The position numbers and the translations under genes were made by a program. A stretch of DNA of 47,034 bases from Candidatus Fervidifonticultor secundus (GTDB lineage Bacteria > Sysuimicrobiota > Sysuimicrobiia > Sysuimicrobiales > Humicultoraceae): contig JAVKIP010000023.1 of NCBI GenBank assembly GCA_031459385.1, forward strand, positions 1 through 47,034, written 5' to 3'. Shown in pieces: positions 20,506 to 30,530 of the stretch; the stretch's first letter is position 1, and each line of letters begins with the position of its first letter. The notes beneath the pieces are model-generated. The model saw nothing but the letters and a program-made list of their open reading frames with translations. It made no database searches and was not told the origin of the DNA.

Positions 20506-21264
20506 CTACCCGGCCGCCCGCAGGTGGGCGGCCAGGAAGGCACGTACCTCGCGGAAGAGCACGTCCCGATCGCGGTCCAGCGTCACCAGGTGTCCGGAGC
20601 GCGGTAGCCACACCAGCCGCCGCACCGGCGCCGCCACGCCGTCGCAGATCGCCGCGGCGCTCTCGGGCGGAATGGCCCAGTCGCGCCGTCCCTGGGCGAT
20701 CAGGACCGGACAGCGCACCTGGGGCAGGCGCGCGCGCATCTGGTCCAGCAGGGCCGAGAGCGCGTCCACGGCGCCCAGGGGGATGCGCGGGTACGCGGCG
20801 CGGTAGGGCGCCACCTCGGCGGACCGCGGCCCGACCCGCCGGAGCACGGGCGCGTACCGCAGCACCGGCCGGGCCGCGCGCACCACCCCGCGCACCACGG
20901 GCCGCAGGCGAATCGGCGTGGCCAGGGCCACCGCGGCGGCGGGTGCATCGGTCGCGGCCAGCAGCAGCGCCAGCGCGCCGCCCATGGACAGCCCCCCGAC
21001 CGCCACGGATCCGCAGCGGGCGCGCAGCCGTGCCAGGGCCTGCCGGGCCGAGGCGACCCAGTCCTCCCACGTGGTCTCTGCCAGGTCTTCGGGCGAGGTG
21101 CCGTGGCCGGCCAGGCGCGCCACGTGCACCGCGATGCCATCGCGGGCCAGCGCCTCGGCCAGCGGGACCATCTCAAGCGGCGTGCCCGTGAAGCCATGCA
21201 GGAGGAGACACCCACGGTCTCCCCCTGCCAGGGTGATCTCGTCGACGACGGCGGGGCGGGCCAC
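20506..21264 (-). CDS. Alpha/beta hydrolase, carboxylesterase (Est30/YvaK-like)
   Basis: LLHGFTG, GHGT, GLSMGG nucleophile elbow, QGRRD, SGH. Confidence 0.92.
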   Translation of the reverse strand: MARPAVVDEITLAGGDRGCLLLHGFTGTPLEMVPLAEALARDGIAVHVARLAGHGTSPEDLAETTWEDWVASARQALARLRARCGSVAVGGLSMGGALALLLAATDAPAAAVALATPIRLRPVVRGVVRAARPVLRYAPVLRRVGPRSAEVAPYRAAYPRIPLGAVDALSALLDQMRARLPQVRCPVLIAQGRRDWAIPPESAAAICDGVAAPVRRLVWLPRSGHLVTLDRDRDVLFREVRAFLAAHLRAAG

Positions 21265-21273
21265 CCGCGACCG

Positions 21274-22374
<1,101 letters not shown>

Positions 22375-22426
22375 GTTCGCCTCCGCTTCCCCCACTGCCG
22401 CTTCGACCCCAGCATATCCTCGCCGC

Positions 22427-23503
22427 TCACGGGAAACTGGTTCCCTGCGACCGGGGCGCCTCCTGCATCCACCGCTTCACCGCCGCGATCGCCTCCACGG
22501 GCGTCGGGTCCACCCCCCGTAGCAGGGCGGCGTACACACTCGTGAGATCCCCCAGCAGGACGAGAGAGAGCAGCCGCGCGAGACGGCCGTCGCCCTGCGT
22601 CCACACCTCCTCGACCCAGCGAACCCGTCCGGCCAACAGGCGGCGGACCGCGTCGACCTCGCGGGCAGCCCGGGCGCCGTCCTCGCCATCCCTGAGCACC
22701 ACCGCAGCCGCTCCGGGCGGTGGCCACGGCCACGCCTCCACCTCATTATGGCTCGCCTCCGGGAAGCGATTCCAGATGGCGAAGAGCTTGGCGTTCTCGT
22801 TGAGCTGGGTCTTCCAGCGGTAGGCCACGGGCGCCAGGGCCGGCGTGGCCGCGTAGATCACCGGGAGGGCATCGTGCAGCCGGACAGCCAGGTGCTTCGC
22901 GGCATTCCCGCCCGTGGGGGCTGAGGGCCCCCACGCCGCAGCCAGCCTCCCGAGCAGCTCTGCGGCCTCGCGGACCTCGGCATCGGTGACCGGGGTGAGC
23001 CCCAGCCGGCTGGCCAGCCGGAGCATCGGGAGGAACAACAGCGGCAACGCGGCCCGCGGCGGCAGGCCGGGCCGCACCGCGACCACCGGGACGCCCCCAC
23101 GGCGCGCGCGCGCAGCCAGCGCGCCCCCGGACGTGATGGCCACGACGGCGGCTTTGCGGCCCAGGGCGTCGTCGAAGGCCGCCAGCGTCTCGGCCGTGTC
23201 GCCCGAATACGAGCACGCGAGCACGAGGGCAGCGGCATCGACGCACGCCGGCAGCCGGGTCGCCCTGACGACGACGACCGGGACCGCACTCGACGGCGCC
23301 AGCAGCGCTTCGAGCAGGTCGCCGCCGATCCCCGACCCGCCCAGGCCGGCCACCGCCAGGAGGCGGGGGGCACGGGCAGGCAGCGCGACCTCCCCGCCGG
23401 CGTCCCAGCCCTCGGGGACCATGGGGCCGAGGCGCAACACCAGGTCGAGCATGCCGGCGGGATCGCCACGGCGCACGACGCCCGCGTCGTCCAGGTCGAT
23501 CAT
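22427..23503 (-). CDS. Bifunctional phosphoglucose/phosphomannose isomerase (SIS domain)
   Basis: GLGGSGIGG, SYSGDTAET, TSGG, PPRAA, RWKTQLNENAK, PEASHNE, GVDPTPV. Confidence 0.92.
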   Translation of the reverse strand: MIDLDDAGVVRRGDPAGMLDLVLRLGPMVPEGWDAGGEVALPARAPRLLAVAGLGGSGIGGDLLEALLAPSSAVPVVVVRATRLPACVDAAALVLACSYSGDTAETLAAFDDALGRKAAVVAITSGGALAARARRGGVPVVAVRPGLPPRAALPLLFLPMLRLASRLGLTPVTDAEVREAAELLGRLAAAWGPSAPTGGNAAKHLAVRLHDALPVIYAATPALAPVAYRWKTQLNENAKLFAIWNRFPEASHNEVEAWPWPPPGAAAVVLRDGEDGARAAREVDAVRRLLAGRVRWVEEVWTQGDGRLARLLSLVLLGDLTSVYAALLRGVDPTPVEAIAAVKRWMQEAPRSQGTSFP

Positions 23504-23593
23504 GGAATCGTCACCATCCTCGATGGGCCACATGCCCCGCGCCCCGGCCGAAAGGGGCAGGGGCCGCCGGCGCGAACGTCTTACGGCGGACTC

Positions 23594-23926
23594 ATGGTCC
23601 TCGCCGATCACGATCGCCTCGCCGGGAGCCGGCTCCGCCAGCTCCTCGAGCTACGCCGCCGCCTGCGCGACGAGGCCGTGGATCTCCCCCGCGACGTCCT
23701 GCGCGAGGTCCTCTATGCCATCGAGCAGACTCGCCGGTTGCGGCTGGGCCCGCACCGGTCCCCGTGGGCGGCCGCACAGATGTCGCGCGGCGAGCTGCTG
23801 CGCGAGATCAAGTGGCGCCTGGACGTCGCGGCGTTGCCCGAACTGACCGCAGCCGCCCGGGTGCTCGACCGGATCCGCCAGGTCCGCCGCGTCGGGCCAC
23901 GGCGGCTGCGGGACCGGCGCCGATGA
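23594..23926 (+). CDS. Hypothetical basic helical protein
   Basis: 110-aa ORF with GC-rich third positions; ATGA overlap with the mscS-family gene. Confidence 0.6.
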   Translation: MVLADHDRLAGSRLRQLLELRRRLRDEAVDLPRDVLREVLYAIEQTRRLRLGPHRSPWAAAQMSRGELLREIKWRLDVAALPELTAAARVLDRIRQVRRVGPRRLRDRRR

Positions 23927-24810
23927 GCCTCCGGCTCCAGGCCTCCTCCCTCCGCCGGGCACTGGAGAGCCTGGCGTCACCTGAGCGCCTCGCCCACGCC
24001 GCGGAGACGGTCTTCGCCATCGTCCTCATCGTCGCCGGCATGGGCATCCTCCTGCGCCTGACCACGGCGCTCCTGCGGCGCTCGGTGCGGCCCGACGACC
24101 CGCGGCACCCGCCGGAGCGGCAAGCGCAGATCCGCACCCTGGTACCGCTGCTGGAGAGCGCGCTGCGCTACGTCTTCTACTTTACCGCAGCCGTGATGGT
24201 CCTGGACCGGCTCCGCTTCAACGTGTCGGCGATCCTGGCCAGCGCCGGCATCGCCGGCATCGCCATCGGTTTCGGCGCCCAGCACCTGATCCGGGACATC
24301 ATCGCGGGCTTCTTCCTGATCTTCGAGGGCCACGTGCAGGTGGGCGACGTCGTCCGGGTTGGCGAGGTCGTGGGCCAGGTAGAGAACCTCTCGCTGCGGA
24401 CGGTGCAGATCCGCCAGTTCTCCGGCGAGCTCGTGACCATTCCCAACGGCGAGATCTCCCGCATCGGGAACATGAATCGCAGCTTCATGCGCGCCATCGT
24501 CCACGTCAGCCTGCCGTATGGCGCGGATGTGACGCGCGCCATGGCCGTGATGCAGGAGGTCGCCGCGGCGTGGGCGAAGGAGCAGTCCGGCATCGTCCTG
24601 AGCCCGCCCGAAGTGCAAGGGGTCATCGACCTCGGCGCCACCGACGTCCGAGTCCGCGTGGTGGTCACGGTGCGGCCCGGCGCGCAGGTGGCCGCCGAAC
24701 TCGAACTCCGGCGCCGCATGCTCCACGCGCTGGCCGCAGCCGGGATCGAACTGCCTCCCGCCGCCGCGCTGCTGGGCGCGCATCGGGCCGCAGCCCCCGG
24801 CGGGCACTGA
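23923..24810 (+). CDS. Small-conductance mechanosensitive channel (MscS family)
   Basis: SAGIAGIAIGFGAQHLIRDIIAGFF, VGDVV, GQVE, IPNG. Confidence 0.93.
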   Translation: MSLRLQASSLRRALESLASPERLAHAAETVFAIVLIVAGMGILLRLTTALLRRSVRPDDPRHPPERQAQIRTLVPLLESALRYVFYFTAAVMVLDRLRFNVSAILASAGIAGIAIGFGAQHLIRDIIAGFFLIFEGHVQVGDVVRVGEVVGQVENLSLRTVQIRQFSGELVTIPNGEISRIGNMNRSFMRAIVHVSLPYGADVTRAMAVMQEVAAAWAKEQSGIVLSPPEVQGVIDLGATDVRVRVVVTVRPGAQVAAELELRRRMLHALAAAGIELPPAAALLGAHRAAAPGGH

Positions 24811-24830
24811 GCGCCGCGGGGAGCGATGGC

Positions 24831-25754
24831 ATGCGTGTCCTGGTCACCGGAGGCGCGGGGTTCATCGGGTCCCATCTCGCCGACGCCTACCTCCGGCGCG
24901 GCGACGAGGTCACCGTGGTCGACTCGCTGGTCGGCGGGCGTCGCACCTTCGTGCCCGCGGGCGCGCGCTTCCACCACCTCGACATCCGCGACCCGGCGCT
25001 GCGCGAGGTCTTCGCCCGCGAGCGGCCGCAGGTCGTCAACCACCACGCCGCCCAGGCGTCGGTCAGCCTGTCGGTGCGCGACCCCCTCCGGGACGCGGAG
25101 GTGAACCTGCTGGGCACCCTGCGCATCGTGGCGCTGTGCGTGGAGTTCGGCGTGGAGCACCTGATCTTCGCCTCCACCGGCGGCGCGCTCTACGGCGATC
25201 CCGAGCGCCTGCCGGCCGACGAGGCCACGCCGGTGCGGCCGCTGTCGCCCTATGGGTGCGCCAAGTTCTGCGCCGAGCAGTACATCGAGACCTACGGCCG
25301 GCTGCACGGGCTTTCGGCCGCCTGCCTGCGCTACGCCAACGTCTACGGCCCGCGCCAGGACCCGCACGGCGAAGCCGGGGTGGTGGCCATCTTCACCCGC
25401 GCCCTGCTCGACGGTCGCGCGCCGACGATCCACGGCGACGGCGAGCAGACCCGCGACTTCATCTATGTGGACGACGTCGTCCGGGCCAACCTGCTGGCCA
25501 CCGACCGCCGCGCCCGCGGCGCCTTCAACGTCGGCACGGCGGTGCCGACCAGCGTCAACCAGCTCTACCGCGCGCTGGCGCGGTATGTCCAGCCGGCCCC
25601 TGCGCCGGTCTACGGTCCGCCGCGGCCGGGCGACGTCCGGCACGTGGTGCTGGCGGCGGAGGCCGCCCGGGCCCGCCTGGGGTGGACGCCGGAGGTGTCG
25701 CTGGAAGACGGCCTGGCGGCCACCGTCGCCTGGTTCCGCACGCACGCCGCGTAG
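24831..25754 (+). CDS. NAD-dependent epimerase/dehydratase (UDP-glucose 4-epimerase-like)
   Basis: LVTGGAGFIGSH, ASTGGALYG, YGCAK (YxxxK), NVYGPRQDPHGEAGVV, TRDFIYV. Confidence 0.93.
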   Translation: MRVLVTGGAGFIGSHLADAYLRRGDEVTVVDSLVGGRRTFVPAGARFHHLDIRDPALREVFARERPQVVNHHAAQASVSLSVRDPLRDAEVNLLGTLRIVALCVEFGVEHLIFASTGGALYGDPERLPADEATPVRPLSPYGCAKFCAEQYIETYGRLHGLSAACLRYANVYGPRQDPHGEAGVVAIFTRALLDGRAPTIHGDGEQTRDFIYVDDVVRANLLATDRRARGAFNVGTAVPTSVNQLYRALARYVQPAPAPVYGPPRPGDVRHVVLAAEAARARLGWTPEVSLEDGLAATVAWFRTHAA

Positions 25755-25799
25755 CGGCAGGAGTTGCCTTCTCCGGGGGCCAAGTCAGGCCCAGGCACC

Positions 25800-27518
25800 A
25801 TGGCCCCGTCCCGCGGGTACTTCCTGCTCATTCTCCACGCGCATCTGCCGCTGGTGGTGGGCCACGGACGCTGGCCGCACGGCAGCGACTGGCTGGCGGA
25901 AGTCGCCGTGGGCTGCTACCTGCGGCTGGTGGAGCAGCTCGAGGCGCTGGCCGCCCGCGGGATGTACGCCCCCATCACCATCAGCTGCTCGCCGGTCCTG
26001 TGCGAGCAGCTGGCCCATCCGGCGTGCGCCGCGGAGATCGAGGCCTTCCTGGCGCAGCGCCTGGAGGCCGTGGCCGAGAACCGCGCGGCCTTCGAGCGCG
26101 CCGGCGACGGTGCGCTGGCAGACCTCACGTACTTCTGGGAGGACACGTACCGGCGGGCGCTGGCGCACCTGCGGCGGCTGGACGGCGACCTGCTGGGCGC
26201 GTTCGCCCGGCTGGCTGCCGCGGGCGCGGTGGAGCTCATCACCTCGGCGGCCACCCACGGCTACCTCCCGCTGCTGGGCCGCGACGAGTCCGTGGACCTG
26301 CAGCTGCGGGTGGGCCGCGCGGCGCACGTGCGCCACTTCGGCCAGCCGCCCCAGGGCGTCTGGCTGCCCGAGTGCGCGTACCGGCCACGCTACGAGTGGA
26401 CCCCGCCCGTCGGCCCGCTGCGCGGCAGGGTGCGCCGGTGGCGGCGCGGGCTCGAGGAGGTCCTGGCCGCGCACGGGCTGGAGTACTTCGTGGCCGACGC
26501 GCACCTGCTGCAAGGCGGCGACGCGCGCCCCTTCTACCGCGACTACTTTCCCGCGCTGCGGGCGCTCGGCGGCGCACAGGCGTCGCCGGCGTTCCGCCGC
26601 GACCTGGTGCCCTACCGGCACTACCGGGTGGTCTCGCGGGGAGGGAGCGGCGAGGCCGTGGTGCTGGTGCGGGACCCACAGACGACGATGCAGGTGTGGA
26701 GCCGCGTCCAGGGGTACCCGGGCGACGGCACCTACCTGGAGTTCCACAAGCGGCACACCCCGGGCGGCATCCGCTACTGGCGGGTGACCGACCCGTGTGG
26801 TGACCTGGGCGCCAAGCAGCGCTACGAGCCCGCGGAGGCCCTGGAGCGCGCGCGCGGCCACGCCGCGCACTTCGCGGCGCTGGTGCACGACGTGCTGGCG
26901 GCGGACGCCGCGCGGGCACCGGGGGTCGGGCTCGCTGTCAACCCCTACGATGCCGAACTGTTCGGGCACTGGTGGTTCGAGGGCCCGCAGTTCGTGCGGG
27001 CGGTGCTGGAACGGCTGCCGTCCACAGGGGTGGCGGTGGAGACGCCGGCGGCGGTGCTGGCACGGCATCCCCCGGCGGAGACCGTCTCGCTGCTGGAGGG
27101 GTCCTGGGGCGACGGCGGCGACCACCGGGTCTGGCTCAACCGCGAGACCGAGTGGACATGGGAGATGCTCTACGCGGTGGAGGAAGACTTCTGGACGCTG
27201 GCCGACGGCATCGCGTGGGAGGCGCATCCGCTGCGGCGCCGCCTGCTGGCGCAGCTGGCCCGCGAGCTGCTGCTCCTGCAGGCCTCAGACTGGCAGTTCC
27301 TGATCACGACGGCTTCGGCGCGCAACTACGCCGAGAGCCGGTTCGCCGAGCACTACGGCCACTTCGTGCGCCTGGCGCAGCTGCTCCGGCGGGCCGCCGA
27401 AGGGCAGCCGCTGGCTGCGGAAGACGACGCGTTCCTGGCCACGCGCGAGGCGCAGGACTTCCCGTTTCCCGACATCGCCGACCACGTGCGGGCGGCCCGG
27501 GAGGCCCGAGCCCCGTGA
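25800..27518 (+). CDS. GH57 1,4-alpha-glucan branching enzyme
   Basis: HAHLP, WLPECAY (nucleophile Glu), [20 protein letters not shown] (acid/base Asp), ASDWQF; alternative TTG start at 25764. Confidence 0.93.
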   Translation: MAPSRGYFLLILHAHLPLVVGHGRWPHGSDWLAEVAVGCYLRLVEQLEALAARGMYAPITISCSPVLCEQLAHPACAAEIEAFLAQRLEAVAENRAAFERAGDGALADLTYFWEDTYRRALAHLRRLDGDLLGAFARLAAAGAVELITSAATHGYLPLLGRDESVDLQLRVGRAAHVRHFGQPPQGVWLPECAYRPRYEWTPPVGPLRGRVRRWRRGLEEVLAAHGLEYFVADAHLLQGGDARPFYRDYFPALRALGGAQASPAFRRDLVPYRHYRVVSRGGSGEAVVLVRDPQTTMQVWSRVQGYPGDGTYLEFHKRHTPGGIRYWRVTDPCGDLGAKQRYEPAEALERARGHAAHFAALVHDVLAADAARAPGVGLAVNPYDAELFGHWWFEGPQFVRAVLERLPSTGVAVETPAAVLARHPPAETVSLLEGSWGDGGDHRVWLNRETEWTWEMLYAVEEDFWTLADGIAWEAHPLRRRLLAQLARELLLLQASDWQFLITTASARNYAESRFAEHYGHFVRLAQLLRRAAEGQPLAAEDDAFLATREAQDFPFPDIADHVRAAREARAP

Positions 27519-28750
27519 TCCGGCGGCCCCGCATCTCGCGCCTGCGCCTGCTGGGGGTCATCCTGGCTGGCGGGCGCGGCGAGCGCCTGCACCCGCTGAC
27601 GGCCGACCGCAGCAAACCCGCGGTGCCCTTCGGGGGCAAGTACCGGATCATCGACTTCGTGCTCTCCAACTTCGTGAATTCGGGCATTCACGCCGTCTAC
27701 GCCCTGGTGCAGTACAAGTCGCAGTCCCTGCTCGAGCACCTGCGCGTGGGCTGGCGGTTCGGCGGCCTGCCCGACCACTTCGTCATCGCCGTCCCCCCGC
27801 AGATGCGCTGGGGCGAGCAGTGGTACCGCGGCACGGCCGACGCCGTCTTCCAGAACCTGAACCTGCTCCGGGACTTCAACCCCGACATCGTGGTGATCTT
27901 CGGCGCCGACCACATCTACCGCATGGACATCAACCAGATGCTGCTGGCCCACCTGGAGCGGGATGCGCAGGTGACCGTGGCCGCGCTGCCCGTGCCGATC
28001 GACCAGGCGTCGCAGTTCGGGATCATCGAGGCCGACGCCGACGGGCGCATCATCGGCTTCGAGGAGAAGCCGGCGCGGCCGACGCCCATGCCCGGGAACG
28101 CCGCCGCAGCCCTGTCGTCCATGGGGAACTACATCTTCGACCGGGACCTGCTGGTCGAAGCGCTCATCGAGGACGCCCGCCGCAGCACCGACCACGACTT
28201 CGGCCGGACCATCATCCCCGAACTGTGCCCCCGGGCGCGGGTCTTCGCCTACGACTTCCTGACCAACGCGGTGCCAGGCACCAAGCCCTACGAGGAACCC
28301 GGCTACTGGCGGGACGTGGGCTCGCTGGCCGCGTACTGGCAGGCGCACATGGACCTGCTGGGCGCCACGCCGCTGTTCGACCTGGACAACCCTGCCTGGC
28401 CCATCCTGACCGCTGCGTACGCGGGGCCGGCCGCCCACGTGATCGGCGGTGAGATCGTCGACTCGCTCATCGGAGAGGGCACGCGCGTCGAGCACGCCAC
28501 GGTCCGGCGGTCGATCGTCGGCCGCGGCGTGCGCATCGAGCCCGGCGCGGTGCTCGACGAGGCGATCGTCATGGACCACAGCCGCGTCGGCGCCGGCGCC
28601 CACCTGCGCCGGGTCATCGTGGACCGCTACAACAGTATCGCCGCCGGCGAGGTCCTCGGGCTGGATCCGCGTCGCGACGCCCAGCGCTACCATGTAGACG
28701 CTTCCGGGCTGGTCGTCCTGCCTCGCGGCGAGACCCGGGGCCAGGGATGA
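27515..28750 (+). CDS. glgC: Glucose-1-phosphate adenylyltransferase
   Basis: [49 protein letters not shown] overlap with the GH57 gene. Confidence 0.96.
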   Translation: MIRRPRISRLRLLGVILAGGRGERLHPLTADRSKPAVPFGGKYRIIDFVLSNFVNSGIHAVYALVQYKSQSLLEHLRVGWRFGGLPDHFVIAVPPQMRWGEQWYRGTADAVFQNLNLLRDFNPDIVVIFGADHIYRMDINQMLLAHLERDAQVTVAALPVPIDQASQFGIIEADADGRIIGFEEKPARPTPMPGNAAAALSSMGNYIFDRDLLVEALIEDARRSTDHDFGRTIIPELCPRARVFAYDFLTNAVPGTKPYEEPGYWRDVGSLAAYWQAHMDLLGATPLFDLDNPAWPILTAAYAGPAAHVIGGEIVDSLIGEGTRVEHATVRRSIVGRGVRIEPGAVLDEAIVMDHSRVGAGAHLRRVIVDRYNSIAAGEVLGLDPRRDAQRYHVDASGLVVLPRGETRGQG

Positions 28751-28787
28751 GCGCGCTGCGCTATCCGAACGCCGCGCGCTCGTTTAC

Positions 28788-28817
28788 ATTGACAGAATTC
28801 AATACATGGGGTATGGT
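28788..28817 (+). promoter_or_regulatory. Sigma70 promoter with overlapping ArsR-type operator
   Basis: TTGACA (28789-94), 17-bp spacer, TATGGT (28812-17); inverted repeat ATTGA-N6-TCAAT (28788-28803) over the -35. Confidence 0.8.
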
Positions 28818-28824
28818 GAGCACC

Positions 28825-29178
28825 ATGACGCCGGCGGCGACGCTCTCCCTCCGCGCCCCGCGCTGTCGCCAGTGCGGCCGGGCCTCCCATGCGGAGGCGC
28901 TCGACCACGAGGCCGTGGGGGCTCGGGCCGCCGTCCTGGCGGCCCTCAGCGACCCGGTGCGGCTGGGCATCGTGGAGCTCCTCTCGGAGCACGACAGCCT
29001 CTGTGTCTGCGACATCGTCGAGGCGTTTCCCGTCGGGCAACCCACGATCTCGCACCACCTGCGGCTGTTGCGCCACGCCGGGCTGGTCGACGTCGAGCGG
29101 CGCGGCCACTGGGCCTTCTACGGGTTGCGGCGTGACGTGCTCAAGCGCGTGGTCCAGGATCTGGTGCGCCTGCTGTGA
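28825..29178 (+). CDS. arsR: ArsR/SmtB metalloregulator
   Basis: ALSDPVRLGI, LCVCDI, QPTISHHLRLLRHAGLV..ERRG; heads the arsN2-arsM cassette; start chosen from promoter position. Confidence 0.92.
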   Translation: MTPAATLSLRAPRCRQCGRASHAEALDHEAVGARAAVLAALSDPVRLGIVELLSEHDSLCVCDIVEAFPVGQPTISHHLRLLRHAGLVDVERRGHWAFYGLRRDVLKRVVQDLVRLL

Positions 29179-29690
29179 GCGTAAACCATCGAAGTTCATC
29201 GATCAAACCAGGTGCCGGCCCCGGTGCCGGGCCGGGGCCCCTCGCCCCGGCCCGCCCCGCGGACCTCGAGGCGATCTGCGTGCTGCTGGCGGCCAGCGGC
29301 CTGCCTACCGACGGCGTGTCCGACCACCTGCCCGGGTTCCTGGTGGTGCGCGATGCCAGCCGCGTCGTGGCCACGGCCGGCCTGGAGGACCACGGCGACG
29401 CCGGCCTGCTGCGCTCCGTGGTCGTCGCGCCGGCGTATCGCAGCCGCGGCCTGGGCCGGATGCTGGTGACAGCCCTGCTCGATCGCGCGCGGGCGCAGGG
29501 GCACGCCGCGGTCTACCTGCTCACGGACACCGCCGTAGGCTACTTCCAGCGCTTCGGCTTCCAGCCCGTGGCGCGCGCGGCGGTGCCGCCGTCGGTGCAG
29601 CGCTCGGCGGAGTTCCGGATTCCCGCCTGCGCGTCGTCGGTGGTGATGGTGAAGACGCTCGGCGGCGTGACGCCGCCTGAGGAGAGGTGA
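29175..29690 (+). CDS. arsN2: GNAT N-acetyltransferase, ArsN2-like
   Basis: LLAASGLP, GLE, LLRSVVV, RSRGLG acetyl-CoA motif, YLLTDTA, SAEF...C; ars context. Confidence 0.82.
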   Translation: MSVNHRSSSIKPGAGPGAGPGPLAPARPADLEAICVLLAASGLPTDGVSDHLPGFLVVRDASRVVATAGLEDHGDAGLLRSVVVAPAYRSRGLGRMLVTALLDRARAQGHAAVYLLTDTAVGYFQRFGFQPVARAAVPPSVQRSAEFRIPACASSVVMVKTLGGVTPPEER

Positions 29691-29695
29691 GGACG

Positions 29696-30481
29696 ATGAC
29701 CGCGCAGGTGCAGCACGACGCGCCGGTCACCGGGCCGGCCGTGCGCGACGACGACGCCATCCGGCTGGCGGTGCGCGCGCGGTACGGTCAGCTGGCCAGG
29801 TCGGGCGGGGCGTGCTGCGACGGGACTGAGGGAGCCGGAGCGGCAGTGGCTGCAGGCGCACCGGCCCTGTCGGAGGTGGCCCGGTCCTCGCTCGGGTGCG
29901 GCGCGCCGATCGAGGCAGCCGCCCTCAGACCGGGCGAGGTCGTAGTCGACCTCGGAAGCGGCGCCGGGCTCGATATCTTCCTGGCGGCCAGCCGCGTGGG
30001 GCCTGCGGGGGCAGCGATCGGCGTGGACATGACCCCGGAGATGGTCGCGAAGGCCCGGGCGCACGCGGCGCGCCTGGGCGTCGCCAACGCCGAGTTCCGG
30101 CTCGGCGAGCTCGAGCACCTGCCGCTGCCCGACGCCTCCGCCGACGTGGTCATCAGCAACTGCGCCATCAACCTGGTGCCCGACAAGCCGCGCGCGTTCG
30201 CCGAGGCCTACCGGGTGCTGAAGCCAGGCGGGCGCCTGGTGATCTCGGACATCGTGCGCACCGGCCGGCTGCCGGCGGCTCTGGAGACGACCGAAGCCTG
30301 GACGGCGTGCCTGGCAGGCGCGATCGCCGAAGGCGACTATCTCGACGCCCTGCGTCGGGCCGGCTTCGCGGATGTCGAGATTGTCTCGCGCCGGGGATAC
30401 GCCGCGGCAGGATTGGCGAGCGTCACAGTCCGCGCCGCAAAGCCCGGCCGCGGCGGGGGCGGTCCCGCACCCACACCATAA
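29696..30481 (+). CDS. arsM: Arsenite S-adenosylmethionine methyltransferase
   Basis: N-terminal CC, SLGCGAP, VDLGSGAG, GVDMT, ISNCAINL, WTACLAGA; alternative GTG start at 29687. Confidence 0.9.
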   Translation: MTAQVQHDAPVTGPAVRDDDAIRLAVRARYGQLARSGGACCDGTEGAGAAVAAGAPALSEVARSSLGCGAPIEAAALRPGEVVVDLGSGAGLDIFLAASRVGPAGAAIGVDMTPEMVAKARAHAARLGVANAEFRLGELEHLPLPDASADVVISNCAINLVPDKPRAFAEAYRVLKPGGRLVISDIVRTGRLPAALETTEAWTACLAGAIAEGDYLDALRRAGFADVEIVSRRGYAAAGLASVTVRAAKPGRGGGGPAPTP

Positions 30482-30530
30482 CGCGCCATGGGCTGGCCGT
30501 GACGCCCGCGGGGCTACGCACGGTGAGGCA

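Noticed and set aside
28825..30481. Arsinothricin biosynthesis cluster
   Set aside because: There is no radical-SAM arsL, and the GNAT looks like ArsN2 rather than ArsN1
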